Assembly: GCA_963755025.1 (NCBI GenBank)
Contig: CAVWIH010000030.1
Coordinates: 32,001-96,000, forward strand
From: an uncultured Actinomycetes bacterium
GTDB lineage: Bacteria > Actinomycetota > Thermoleophilia > UBA2241
DNA: 64,000 bases
Reading direction: 5' to 3'
Part shown: positions 47,433 through 56,972 of the stretch, in pieces
Position numbering within the stretch: the first letter of the stretch is position 1
Layout: every line of letters begins with the position of its first letter
Notes under the pieces: generated by a model
What the model was told of the DNA's origin: nothing
Databases searched by the model: none
The model's input: only the letters and a program-made list of their open reading frames with translations
Program-made: the position numbers and the translations under genes

Positions 47433-48365
47433 GTGATGCCTTCTCATACGCGCAACGACGGGGCGACTGAGGCCGAACTTGAGGTGAGATCGCAGGCCGA
47501 GAAACTGGCAAGCGAGGCAAAGCCCGCAGACTTTCGCCAGATCGGCAAGCTGCTGGCCCAGTCAGACTCGGCACCCCAGTCACGATTCTTGGCCAATCTG
47601 CTCTTCACGAGCGGCTCCGGCGGCGTGGCGGTTCTCCTCGAACAGCTCGACGATCCGGCGGTCCGCCCCTTTGCGATAGGGGCATTGCGCCACTCCCACG
47701 ACGAGGCCGTGTGGGACCGCCTGTTGGCTACTGCCGCCGCTATGCGCCGTGATAGAGAGGCGCATCTCGGGCTCAGCGGGCGACTCAAGCTCAAGGTCTT
47801 CAAGAAGTGCCAGTACATCCGGCGAGACCCCAGCGGGACGCGTGGCCTGTTCGCCGACCATGCTCACGGCTATTCGCTTTCCCTGCCCGCCGAATGGGTG
47901 GTCATGGTGGACACACCCATGAAGAACGGTGGGCACGTAGTCCAGTTCGCGAGCAGCCCGCAGACGGTCAAGGGCCTTTTGGAAATCGAAGGGCTAGTGA
48001 AACCACTGGCTACGGTCTTCTCCCGAACGCTGGACCGCGCTCATCGGTCCATCGACGCGGAGACCTTTGTCGCCATTTCGCTGGGGGAGCGCGCAAGGTT
48101 AGAAAGCATGGCTCCCGACGCCGAGGAGAACGAGACGCAACTCGAACCCGAGTTACTCGAAGACCGGCACCGCGTCGTTGTCGATGGCCGCCCCGCCGTT
48201 GCTGAAAGATGGGCATCCGGGCTACGGACGACTTGGTCGTGTCGACTGGTCGATCGAGGCCGCTTCTATACCCTCGGCACCTCGACGCTATTGCGCGACT
48301 GGGAGACCTTCAGGCCGACGCACGACGAGATCGTCGGGTCATTCATGCTAGCGTCGGGCGACTGA
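47433..48365 (+). CDS. Hypothetical protein (helical N-terminus, PsbP/DcrB-like C-terminus)
   Basis: 310-aa ORF with GGGAGAG RBS; YSLSLPAEW, VDGRPA, EIVGSF; similar to the next ORF. Confidence 0.65.
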   Translation: MMPSHTRNDGATEAELEVRSQAEKLASEAKPADFRQIGKLLAQSDSAPQSRFLANLLFTSGSGGVAVLLEQLDDPAVRPFAIGALRHSHDEAVWDRLLATAAAMRRDREAHLGLSGRLKLKVFKKCQYIRRDPSGTRGLFADHAHGYSLSLPAEWVVMVDTPMKNGGHVVQFASSPQTVKGLLEIEGLVKPLATVFSRTLDRAHRSIDAETFVAISLGERARLESMAPDAEENETQLEPELLEDRHRVVVDGRPAVAERWASGLRTTWSCRLVDRGRFYTLGTSTLLRDWETFRPTHDEIVGSFMLASGD

Positions 48366-48374
48366 GGTCGGCGC

Positions 48375-49045
48375 ATGGGCATCAGCCAAGAAGCCGAGCG
48401 CCTTGCCGCGAGCGGCACACGGCAAGACCTCGCAAGAATCGCCACACTCCTCGGTGCCTCAACGTCCCCCGACCTGTCGCGCCGTCTCGCGAAGTTGTTG
48501 TTCGACTCGGGGCAGCCAGGCGTCGACGTTCTATGTCAGGCTTTGGATGACCCGGCGGTACAACCCTTTGCCGAGCGCGTGCTGCGCCACTCCAGCGATA
48601 TGGCCGTATGGGAGGCCTTATGCAACGCCAGCATGGCGCGTGCCAATGAGACGCGCGAGAAAGCTTCTCTTGTCATGCGTTTGGCCGCTGGGTCTGCCGA
48701 CAAGCGGTGCTATGCGATCCCCCGTGATCCGAGCCGGCAGCTTGGCCTGTATCGCGACGATGCGCGCGGCTTCTCTTGCTTTTCCCACCGGATTGGGTGT
48801 CCCTGTTTCCTCGGAGGGTTCGGGGACTGCTCCATGGGACGTGGAGCATACGCTTCCGCAGCAGTCCGCAAGCGGTGAAGTGGGGGCCTCGAGAGTCGTT
48901 TTCCTCTCAGCACGCCGAGGTGCAGGTATCTGCGGCCGTTGATGTGGGGCCTGAGCCCTGCCGCGCGACCCGGGGTGGAGCGGGCGAGCCGGGCGAGGCA
49001 GCGCGCACCACGGGCCAAGGGGCGCGAATCGGAGGGGGCGCGTAG
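48375..49045 (+). pseudogene. Frameshifted/truncated paralog of 47433-48365
   Basis: LLFDSG..GV.VL...LDDPAV.PFA...LRHS, RDPS..GL; continues after a shift near 48780 as FPPDW...F.SSPQAVK. Confidence 0.55.
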
Positions 49046-49209
49046 TGAGCCCCGGCGGCCGTCGGCACGCCGATCTGCGCGCAGGTGCGTTCCATGGTAG
49101 GGGTCTACCCGCGGCGGCCTCGCGGCGGCGCTGTTGGCGGCGCGGCCGCCACGTCCCGGAGGCGACGATCACGGCGCTGGCGCGCCGGTAGCCGCCCACC
49201 ACGGAGCCG

Positions 49210-49448
49210 CTACTCCACGGGCAGCATGAGGTGCCATTCGCTCTCGGGCAAGCTGATCTCGGCGGACGGCCCTGCGATGCTCACCAGCGTCACGAACCGG
49301 ACGTGCGCCAGGAACTGGTCGCCCACGCGAGAGGCCACGGCGTGCAGTCGTTCGTGATGACCCGCCACTCGCGCCCCTGAAAGCGCACCGTCTGGCCCGG
49401 CCGTGGCGCCTTGTCCTCGCGGCTCTTGTCGGTCGGGCGAGGCGTCAC
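49210..49448 (-). CDS. Small hypothetical protein (probable frameshift)
   Basis: Start overlaps the upstream stop; PRPGQTVRFQGREWRV... then VRFVTLVSIAGP..LPESEW. Confidence 0.4.
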
Positions 49449-50506
49449 GCACCGCCGAGGCCTGGTCTCAGCGCTTCGCCGCTCCGGCCGGCCATCTCGA
49501 CGGCCCCCTCGGGGCAGCCGGTGGCGCACAGGCCGCACCCGCGGCAGAGGGCCGCGTCGATCTGCAGGGCGGGCTCTCTGTGGCGGTCGATGGTGATTGC
49601 CGCGAAGGGGCAGCGGCGCACGCAGCGCGCGCACAGGGTGCAGGTCGCGGCGTCGACCGCCGCCCGGTAGCGCCGCACCGGCCACACGTCGGCCGCCCCC
49701 AGGCGCTCGCCGGCGAGTATGGGAAAGCAGCAGTCGCTGCAGCAGTTGCAGATGCCGTGATGACCGTGGAGGCTCGAGAGGTACGCCGTGTGCATGAGGC
49801 CTTCGCGGTCGGCCTGGCGCAGCACGGTGATGGCGCGGTCCTTGGAGAGCTCCCAGCCGATGTCGCGCTCGTTGCCGAAGCGCAGGCAGACCGAGTGCGA
49901 CTTCTCGCAGCGGCCCCACATGGCCCGGCAGTTGCAGGGCCACAGGTAGATGGCGGGCGCCTCGCGGATGAGCTGCTCCGCCTCGTGGAGGAGGAGGTAG
50001 CTGTAGTCGCGCTGGTCGCCCTGCGCCGTCTCGCCGGCGAGCACGGCGGCGATACCACCGCCGACCTCGGCGAGGTAGTCATCGAGCTCCCACTCGTTCA
50101 GCTGCCGGCGGATCTCGGGCGAGATGTCGCGCCAGTCTTCGAACAGCGCCCAGAGCTCGTAGCGTGCGTGAAAGTCGGCGGGCGCCAGCTCGTCGCCGAT
50201 GCGCTCCAGGATGGCGCGCCGCACGGCGCGGTCGACGGTCAGCGAGCCGCGAGTGCCGAGCAAGGAACCGCCGGCGAGCAGCGAGCCGCGGGCGGCGGCG
50301 AGCACGAGCTCGACGTCGGCCGGCTCGTAGAAGCGGTCGAGAAAGGGGACGATGAATGCCGGCGCGTCGATGGCGCGGGCAAACTCGCGCAGGCGCTCGT
50401 CGGCGCTCTGGGAGTCGGTGCGACCGGCCCCACCAGCGGCCGCGGCGTTGACCGGCTCGTCGGCCTTGCGCTCGCTCACCGGCTCGTCCACCTTGCGCTC
50501 GCTCAC
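49445..50506 (-). CDS. 4Fe-4S dicluster (ferredoxin-like) binding protein
   Basis: PCNCR..C..C, GLMH, ICNCCSDCC, CTLCARCVRRCP, CRGCGLCATGCP. Confidence 0.85.
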   Translation of the reverse strand: MSERKVDEPVSERKADEPVNAAAAGGAGRTDSQSADERLREFARAIDAPAFIVPFLDRFYEPADVELVLAAARGSLLAGGSLLGTRGSLTVDRAVRRAILERIGDELAPADFHARYELWALFEDWRDISPEIRRQLNEWELDDYLAEVGGGIAAVLAGETAQGDQRDYSYLLLHEAEQLIREAPAIYLWPCNCRAMWGRCEKSHSVCLRFGNERDIGWELSKDRAITVLRQADREGLMHTAYLSSLHGHHGICNCCSDCCFPILAGERLGAADVWPVRRYRAAVDAATCTLCARCVRRCPFAAITIDRHREPALQIDAALCRGCGLCATGCPEGAVEMAGRSGEALRPGLGGA

Positions 50507-50510
50507 CGGC

Positions 50511-50870
50511 TCACCGCTCCTTGTCTTGCAGGTACTCGACCAGAGGTTCGACCCGGCCGCCCATGACCGCCTCGATGACCACATCGAGGACCGCCCGGGC
50601 CACTTCGATGTCGGTCACGGCCGGCGTGTAGACGTACGCTTCACCACTTCGATCTTGGCGCACGAGCCCCTTGCGGGCAAGGTTGTTCAGGGTGGTCATC
50701 ACCGTCGTGTAGGCCGTCCTGCGCCGCAGGCGCAGCTCCTCGTAGACGTCGCGCACGTTCACGCGCTGACGGTCCCACACGACGCGCATGACGGCCGCCT
50801 CGAGCGGACCGAGCCCGATGAGCTCCTGAGCGCGCGGTGCGGGTTTCCAGTGTTCGGCGGCCACGGTCAC
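50511..50870 (-). CDS. BlaI/MecI/CopY-family transcriptional regulator
   Basis: LGPLEAAVMRVVW, AYTTVMTTLNNLARKG, AYVY. Confidence 0.88.
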   Translation of the reverse strand: MTVAAEHWKPAPRAQELIGLGPLEAAVMRVVWDRQRVNVRDVYEELRLRRRTAYTTVMTTLNNLARKGLVRQDRSGEAYVYTPAVTDIEVARAVLDVVIEAVMGGRVEPLVEYLQDKER

Positions 50871-51269
50871 CACAGGTCGCCGAAGTAGCGCTCGAAGAGC
50901 TCGCCGAGCTGCCGGTCGGCGGCCGCCAGCAGGGCGCCGTAGCGTTCGGCCAGCTCGCGCCCGTCGGCCGTGAGGACCGAGCCTCCGCCGCACGAACCGC
51001 CGATGCGACGCTCGAAGAGCTGCACGCCGAGCTGGTCTTCGGCGTCGTGCACGAGGTGCCACGCCTTGCTGTACGACACGCCCAGTCTCTTTGGCGGCCT
51101 GGCGCAGCGAACCGATCTCGGCCACGCCGGCCAGGAGCTCGTAGGTGTCCGACCCGAACAGCGGGGTCTCGCCGTCGTGCAGCCAGATGCGCTGCCCGGG
51201 TCGCACGCGGCCGCCGTCTGTGGGCGTCGCGCTCTTGCTGTCTTGCGCCATGACTGTGAGACCTGTCAT
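50867..51269 (-). CDS. ModE-like winged-helix regulator, DNA-binding domain only (frameshift near 51085)
   Basis: RIWL...FG..YELL...GSLRQAAK / SYSKAW...E..LG..L.ERRIGG..GGGS.LT..G. Confidence 0.85.
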
Positions 51270-51307
51270 CGGCTCCCTCTCGTAGCCACCACAAAGGACG
51301 TCGGTGC

Positions 51308-51358
51308 GGCCGGCGGGGCGCGCGCGGCGTCTGACGCCGCCCGCGCCCCTGCCCGGCC
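51308..51358 (-). terminator. GC-rich hairpin downstream of ALDH
   Basis: ggggcgcg..gcggcgtc-t-gacgccgc..cgcgcccc inverted repeat; no U tract. Confidence 0.35.
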
Positions 51359-51360
51359 GC

Positions 51361-52882
51361 TCAGGCGCTCGTGTACAGGCCCAGCGGCTGACTCGAGGTG
51401 TCGAAGATCAGGCTTTTGGCCTCGGTGAACTCGTCGATGCCGGCGTCGCCCAGCTCGCGGCCGAGGCCGCTCTGCTTGTAGCCGCCCCAGGGCAGTTCGA
51501 CCGGACTCCAGTTGTAGGTGTTCACGTACATCGTGCCGGCGCGGACCGCCTGGGCGACCCGCATGGCCTTTGCCCCGTCCTTGGTCCAGACGCCCCCGGC
51601 AAGGCCGTAGATGGTGTCGTTGGCCAAAGCGACGGCCTCGGCCTCGGTGTCGAAGGGGATGACCACGAGCACCGGCCCGAAGATCTCCTCTTGAGCCACG
51701 CGCATCTTGTTGTCGACGTCGACGAAGATGGTGGGTTCGTAGTAGTAGCCTTTGCGCTCGATGCGCTTGCCGCCGCAGAGCAGGCGGGCGCCCTCGTCGC
51801 GGCCGATGGCCACGTAGCGCTCGGTCGTCTCGAGCTGCTCGCGCGAGACGAGCGGCCCCATCTCGGAGGCCGGGCTCGAGCCCGGGGCCCACCTTGATCG
51901 CCTCGGCGCGCTCCTTCAGGGCGGCGGTGAACTCGTCGTAAATGGCACGCTCCAGAAGCAGGCGCGAGCCGGCGCAGCAGACCTGTCCGGCGTTGGCGAA
52001 GGCGCCGAACAGCGCGCCCTGCAGGGCCGCCTCGAAGTCGGCGTCGGCAAAGACGATGTTGGGGCTCTTGCCGCCGAGCTCGAGTCCGACCTTCTTCACC
52101 GTGCCGGCCGCCTGCCGCATGATCTGCACGCCCACCTCGAGCGAGCCCGTCAGGGTCACCATGTCGACGAGCGGCGAGGTGCAGAAGACGTCGCCCACGG
52201 TGCGGCCGGGCCCCACCACGACCTGAAAGACGCCGCGTGGCAGTCCCACCTCGTCGAAGATGCGGGCCATCTCGATCGTGGTCAGGGGCGACACGCTGGC
52301 CGGCTTGATGATGACCACGTTGCCGACGGCCAGCGCCGAGGCGAACTTCCAGGCGCCCAGCAGCAAGGGAAAGTTCCAGGGCGTGATGCCGACGACCACG
52401 CCGACCGGCTCGCGCACGACCACGCCAAAGCTCGGCGGCGAGACGGTCGTGGTCTGCCGGCCACCGTGCGTGGTGGCCAGGCTGGCGGCGTACTCGAGAC
52501 AGTAGGCGACGTCGCCCATGTCGAACAGCGAGTCGCCCAGGAGCTTGCCCATCTGCAGGGTCTCGAGGCGGGCGAGCTCGTCGGCGCGGCTGCGCACGCC
52601 GGCCGCGGCGGCGCGCAGGATCGCGGCCCGCTCGGGCGCCGTCATGCGCGGCCAGGGGCCTTCGTCGAAAGCGCGACGGGCGGCCGCGACGGCCGCCTGG
52701 GCCTCGGCTACGCCGCCGCTCGCCGCGTGGGCGACGAGCTCCTCGGTGGCCGGGTCGACGATGGCAAGCGACGCGCCGCCGCGCGCTCCGACCCACTCGC
52801 CGTCGATGAACATCTGGTAGAAGTCGACGGCCGCTACGGGCTCGTCGGCGCGATCGCCTTGCTTAGCCTTGTTGCTGCTCAT
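51361..52882 (-). CDS. NAD-dependent aldehyde dehydrogenase (betaine-aldehyde DH-like; frameshift near 51870)
   Basis: ITPWNFP, TGS, LELGGKSP, NAGQVCCAGSR, EEIFGPV, PWGGYKQSG. Confidence 0.93.
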
Positions 52883-53217
52883 GTGGCACGCTCCAGATCC
52901 AGACCCCGGCACCGCCGGAAGAGTCGCTTCAGAAGTCGTTGCTGGCAAACAAGCGCACGCGCGGCGTGCGCCGCCATCGTCCAGGCTCCCGCCCCCAATC
53001 TGTGCTGCTCGACTGTCAGTGGCCTTGCGGCATCCGGATTGCCGGCTTAGACGAGGGCAGGCGAACGCCGAGGGTGTGATCGGGGAGTTCGCGCGATGCC
53101 GCCCGGGGAAAGGAGGTGCGGCTGGCGGCGCGGCACGATGCAGGCATGCCGCGCTCGAGCGACGGACCGGACGGTCGGGCGCTGGCATGCGCTCGCCGAC
53201 GGTGGTCGTCGCCTCCG

Positions 53218-53329
53218 CTGCTTCTCCTTTCCAAAGCCGGGAGGCACGGTCGTTTCCCACCGCACCCTATCGGCGCACGTTCCATAGGCTTGTCAGGTGC
53301 CCGTAGGACCCACGCGCTCGAAGAAGCAG
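53218..53329 (-). ncRNA. Moco/Wco (molybdenum/tungsten cofactor) riboswitch motif, apparently lacking P3
   Basis: P1 CTGCTTCTTC/GGAGAAGCAG; core AGGGTGCGGT-GGGAAACG-ACCGTGCCTCCCGGCTTTGGAAAGGAG matches the moaA-leader pattern; TATACT -10 at 53334-53339. Confidence 0.85.
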
Positions 53330-53446
53330 GGGCAGTATAGCGGTCGCGGGCGGCGGGCTGTAGGTCCGGCCGGTCTGTAGCAGTGTCGTAGTATTTGACT
53401 ACCTGTGCCGGTCGCGCAGGGTCGCGGAGCCGAGGTGCCGGAGCTT

Positions 53447-54487
53447 CTACCCGGCGGTCTCGCGAAAGGCGTCGGTTAGCGGGGTGCGGCGCCCGGCCGC
53501 CTGAAGGTGGGCGAAGCCCGCCTCGTAGAGCATCGTCTTGCAGGCGCCGATGTCGCGGCCGCGATGCCCGGCGGTGTCGCCCTGCGTGTCGCGCGGGTTG
53601 GCGCCCGCCTCGGCAAAGAGTGAGTTGGCGCCCGAGGTGAGGCCGAGCACGTTGGGCTCGTGGACGCCTATGGCCCGCGTTTCGGGGCAGCCCAGGGTCG
53701 CCAGGGCCACCACGGCGGTCACCTGGGCGAGGCGCAGCTCCGAGATCTGGCCGTTCGCGCTGAGCGGCGACGAGGGCAGATGCACGCGGCGCATCGCGGC
53801 GTGGCCGACGCAGCCGTACCGCACCCCCAGGAACAGCTGCTCGGCGAGCTCCCGCGGGCTGTGCTCGGGACCGATCGGCTCGCAGCAGTACCAGAGGTCG
53901 AGCCCGGCGTCGTTGATCGCGCGCATGGTCGCCTTGCGCCGCTCGGGATCGAGCGCCGTGTCGGCGCCCTCGCGCAGGCGCAGGACGTGGTAGGCGCCGG
54001 TCACCCCGGCGGCCTTCAGGTCGTGCGCCTGGTCGGCGTCGAAGTCGCCGACGTTGACCACGAGCTGGATCGCGGCCGCCATGCGCCGGCGCACCAGCGC
54101 CACGAGGCGCATGAGCCGCTCGAAGTCGAAGGTGTGCATCGTCATGAGGAAGAGGGCGTCGAGCTCGCCCGTGGCGGTGAAGCCGTCGACCTTGCTCAGC
54201 AGCTCCGCGTCGCTCATGACGCTCGGTTCGAACGCCGTGTGCTGCGCGGCGAAGCTGCAGAACCTGCAGGCGCCCGGGCACGGCGCGATCTCAATGCCGA
54301 TCTGCGCGAAGATGAGTCCGTGGTTGCCGAACCGGCCACGCGTGACGGCGTCGCCCACCGCCCGCGGGTGGGCGGCCTCGAGCGAGGTCTCGGCAAAGCC
54401 CAGCAGGTAGGCGCAGTCGCCCTGCGACGGAGCGCGGCCGCTCTGCGCACGGTCGAGCAGGCTCGCGACCTTCGGGTCGATCGTCAT
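53447..54487 (-). CDS. Radical SAM protein (biotin synthase/HydE/PylB-like fold)
   Basis: CPGACRFC (CxxxCxxC), YHVLRLREG, YCCEPIGPEH, EAGANPRD. Confidence 0.85.
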   Translation of the reverse strand: MTIDPKVASLLDRAQSGRAPSQGDCAYLLGFAETSLEAAHPRAVGDAVTRGRFGNHGLIFAQIGIEIAPCPGACRFCSFAAQHTAFEPSVMSDAELLSKVDGFTATGELDALFLMTMHTFDFERLMRLVALVRRRMAAAIQLVVNVGDFDADQAHDLKAAGVTGAYHVLRLREGADTALDPERRKATMRAINDAGLDLWYCCEPIGPEHSPRELAEQLFLGVRYGCVGHAAMRRVHLPSSPLSANGQISELRLAQVTAVVALATLGCPETRAIGVHEPNVLGLTSGANSLFAEAGANPRDTQGDTAGHRGRDIGACKTMLYEAGFAHLQAAGRRTPLTDAFRETAG

Positions 54488-55590
54488 CGGCGCCGCTGGT
54501 GGCCCTCGTGCGACGCCCCCGCCAGGCTGGTGAGCAGGTCGGCGAGCTCGTCGCGCGCGACCACGACGTCGGCGGCCGCGGCGGCCTGTTCGTGGCCCTC
54601 GGCGATGGCGACGCCCATGCCGGCCCACGACAGCATGCCGGCGTCGGGAGCGCCGTCGCCGCAGGCCACGACGGCGCCGGCGGGCACGCCCAGCCGGGCG
54701 CACAGGCCGGCCAGCGCGGTGCGCTTGTCGGCGCGCGCGTGGTGGACCTCGAGATAGCCGGGCGCCGCCTGACTCACGGCCAGGTCGGGCCAGCGCGCGG
54801 TCAGCTCGTCGAGCACGCCGGCCGAGCGGCCCGGCGGCGGCGGCCGGCGCGCGACGGCCGGTTCGCCGGCGCCGTGGCGCCGGCGTCGCCGTCGCGCCCG
54901 CGTGGGGCCGTCGGGGCCGTCGGGCGCCGCGACGATCAACCGCGTGACCGCCACGCCGTCGAGCGCGGCGGCAAGATCGTGCTGCGGCCGCAGGACCGTC
55001 GGCGGGCTGGGCGTCACCTGGACCGGCGCGCCGGTCGGCCGGGCGGCCGTGCCACCGTTATCGGCCTGCACCCAGCGTTCGTCGTCGACGTACGCGGTGA
55101 GGGTCGCGCCGGCCTCGTGCAACGCCGCCACCGCCGGCCCGACCGCCTGCTTGGGCAGGTCGAGCCGCTGCAGCCAGCGCCCGCCGGCGACGTCGACCAC
55201 GACCGCGCCGTGATAGGCGATCGCGACACTGTGCTCGAGGCCGAGCTGCACGGCGAGGGCGCGCGTGGGCGCGACGGCGCGCCCCGTGCAGATCACGACC
55301 GGCACGGCCGCGGCTCGCAGGGCGGCGACGGCGCGCAGGACGCCGGGAACGGGCGTGCTGTGATAGTCGAGCAGCGTGCCGTCGAGGTCGCAGACCACGA
55401 GCGCCGGGAGGCCGCTCGCGTCGCGCCCGCCCGCCGCGCCGGCGCTGCCCTTCGCGCCTGCGCCGGCTCGCGCGCCGCCGCCGGGTTCGCCGGCCGTCAG
55501 CCCGGCGCCGTTCACGCCGGCGCTGTTCACGCCGGCGCTGTTCACGCCGGAGCCGCGCTTCACGCGGCCGTTGCCGTTGCGGCCCTTCAT
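54484..55590 (-). CDS. Cof-type HAD hydrolase
   Basis: CDLDGTLL, CTGR, YLEV...DK, ACGDG.PD.GML. Confidence 0.85.
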   Translation of the reverse strand: MKGRNGNGRVKRGSGVNSAGVNSAGVNGAGLTAGEPGGGARAGAGAKGSAGAAGGRDASGLPALVVCDLDGTLLDYHSTPVPGVLRAVAALRAAAVPVVICTGRAVAPTRALAVQLGLEHSVAIAYHGAVVVDVAGGRWLQRLDLPKQAVGPAVAALHEAGATLTAYVDDERWVQADNGGTAARPTGAPVQVTPSPPTVLRPQHDLAAALDGVAVTRLIVAAPDGPDGPTRARRRRRRHGAGEPAVARRPPPPGRSAGVLDELTARWPDLAVSQAAPGYLEVHHARADKRTALAGLCARLGVPAGAVVACGDGAPDAGMLSWAGMGVAIAEGHEQAAAAADVVVARDELADLLTSLAGASHEGHQRRR

Positions 55591-56825
55591 GCCGGCACGG
55601 TCGCCGCGCCGGTCGCGGCGTCGCCGCCGTGCGACTCGCCGCCGCCACTCGTCGCCGAGGCGTCGCGGCACTCAGCCGTCAGCGCCCGGCGGGCGAGCGC
55701 CTCGGTGGGCTCGCCGGTCAGGCGCTCGACGGCGCGCGCGAGCTCGAGGGCGCGCTCGAGCCGCGCCCGGGCGTGGGCCGCGCCTTCGGGTTCGGTCCGC
55801 AGATCGGCCAGGCGCGCGGTCAGGCGTTCGTCGAGCGCGACGACGCGCGCGCCGGCCACCAGCTTGTCGGCCAGGTAGAGAATCTCTGCTTCGTCTGGGA
55901 GGATCTGACCGTGAGCCTCAAGCTCGTCCTGAGGGTCCATGTGCAGGGCCGTGACGGCCGCGACCCGGCGATAGCCGAGGTCGCTCAAGAGCCGCGCGCC
56001 GGCCGCGGCGTGACCGGGTTCGGTGCGCGCGATGTCGTGCAGCAGCGCGGCCGCTTCGACCAGACGGGCGTTCAGGTGCAGCTCGCAGCGGTTGAGCCGC
56101 GCCGTCAGGGCGACGGCGACCGCGGCGACCGCGCGCGAGTGCGCCACGACCTGCGGCGGCAAGCCGGCGTCGCGCAACAGCCCCAGGCAGCGCGCTGCGT
56201 CGGGCAGGCCCTCGCCGGCGACGTACGTCGCAGGCGCGCCGGTAGTCGGCCGGCGTGTCCATGTCGAGCAGGATGCCCGGATCGTCGACCGCGACCTCGA
56301 GCGCGTCTGCGTCGCACGCGGCAAGCAGGCCACGCAGGCCGTCGGCCGGTTCGTCGCAGGCCTCGTCGGCCGTCGCGGCGGCCGGCAGCGCGCCGCGGGC
56401 GATCAGCGGCGGGTGGCCGCGACGCCCGCTCGTGCACCGGGTAAACGACCGGGGCCGGGTGTGCGCGCGCGGCGCGCGCCAGGCGGCCGATCGTCTCGGC
56501 ACGCACCAGGGCGCAGTCGGTCGGCAACAGAAAGAACGCGTCGACGTCGGCGTCGAGGCGCGGCTACGCCGGCGGCCACCGACGAGAACATGCCGCGCTT
56601 CCAGCCGTCGTTGACGACGACGGTGGCGCCGAGCGCGACGGCCGCGGCGCCCACCTCGTCGCCGCACCAGCCGACCACCACGCGCACGTCGTCGACGCCG
56701 GCGTCGGTGAAGGCGCCCACGGCGCGCGCCAGCACCGTGGCGTCGCCCAGCGGCAGCAGCGGCTTGAGCTCGCCCATGCGCGACGAGCGCCCGGCGGCCA
56801 GCACGATGGCGGCGAGGCGTGTCAT
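55587..56825 (-). CDS. MobA/MocA-like NTP transferase fused to HD domain (DVU_1551-like; frameshifted)
   Basis: LAAGRSSRMG..KPLL, GMFSS, LLP.D, GHPPLI, DMDTP; H..VA, LLHDIAR, H..G, YLADK. Confidence 0.82.
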
Positions 56826-56972
56826 CGGGCGGACGGGGCGCTGCGGCGCGCGGCCGGCCGGGGCGTGGCGCCGCGGTGCTGGGTCGGCCGGGCGATGGCG
56901 TCGCGGCGCGCGGCCGGCCGGGGCGCGACGGGGCGGCGCGGCGCGCGCGCTGCGGTGCGGTGGGTCATCACG

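Noticed and set aside
50511-51269. Apparent ModE-BlaI fusion
   Set aside because: The ModE second half is in another frame ending at 50867; frameshift artefact
56830-56960. GC-rich direct repeats between xdhC and the NTP transferase (also 17340-17392) as possible CRISPR or REP elements
   Set aside because: Only 2-3 degenerate adjacent copies, no unique spacers, no cas genes
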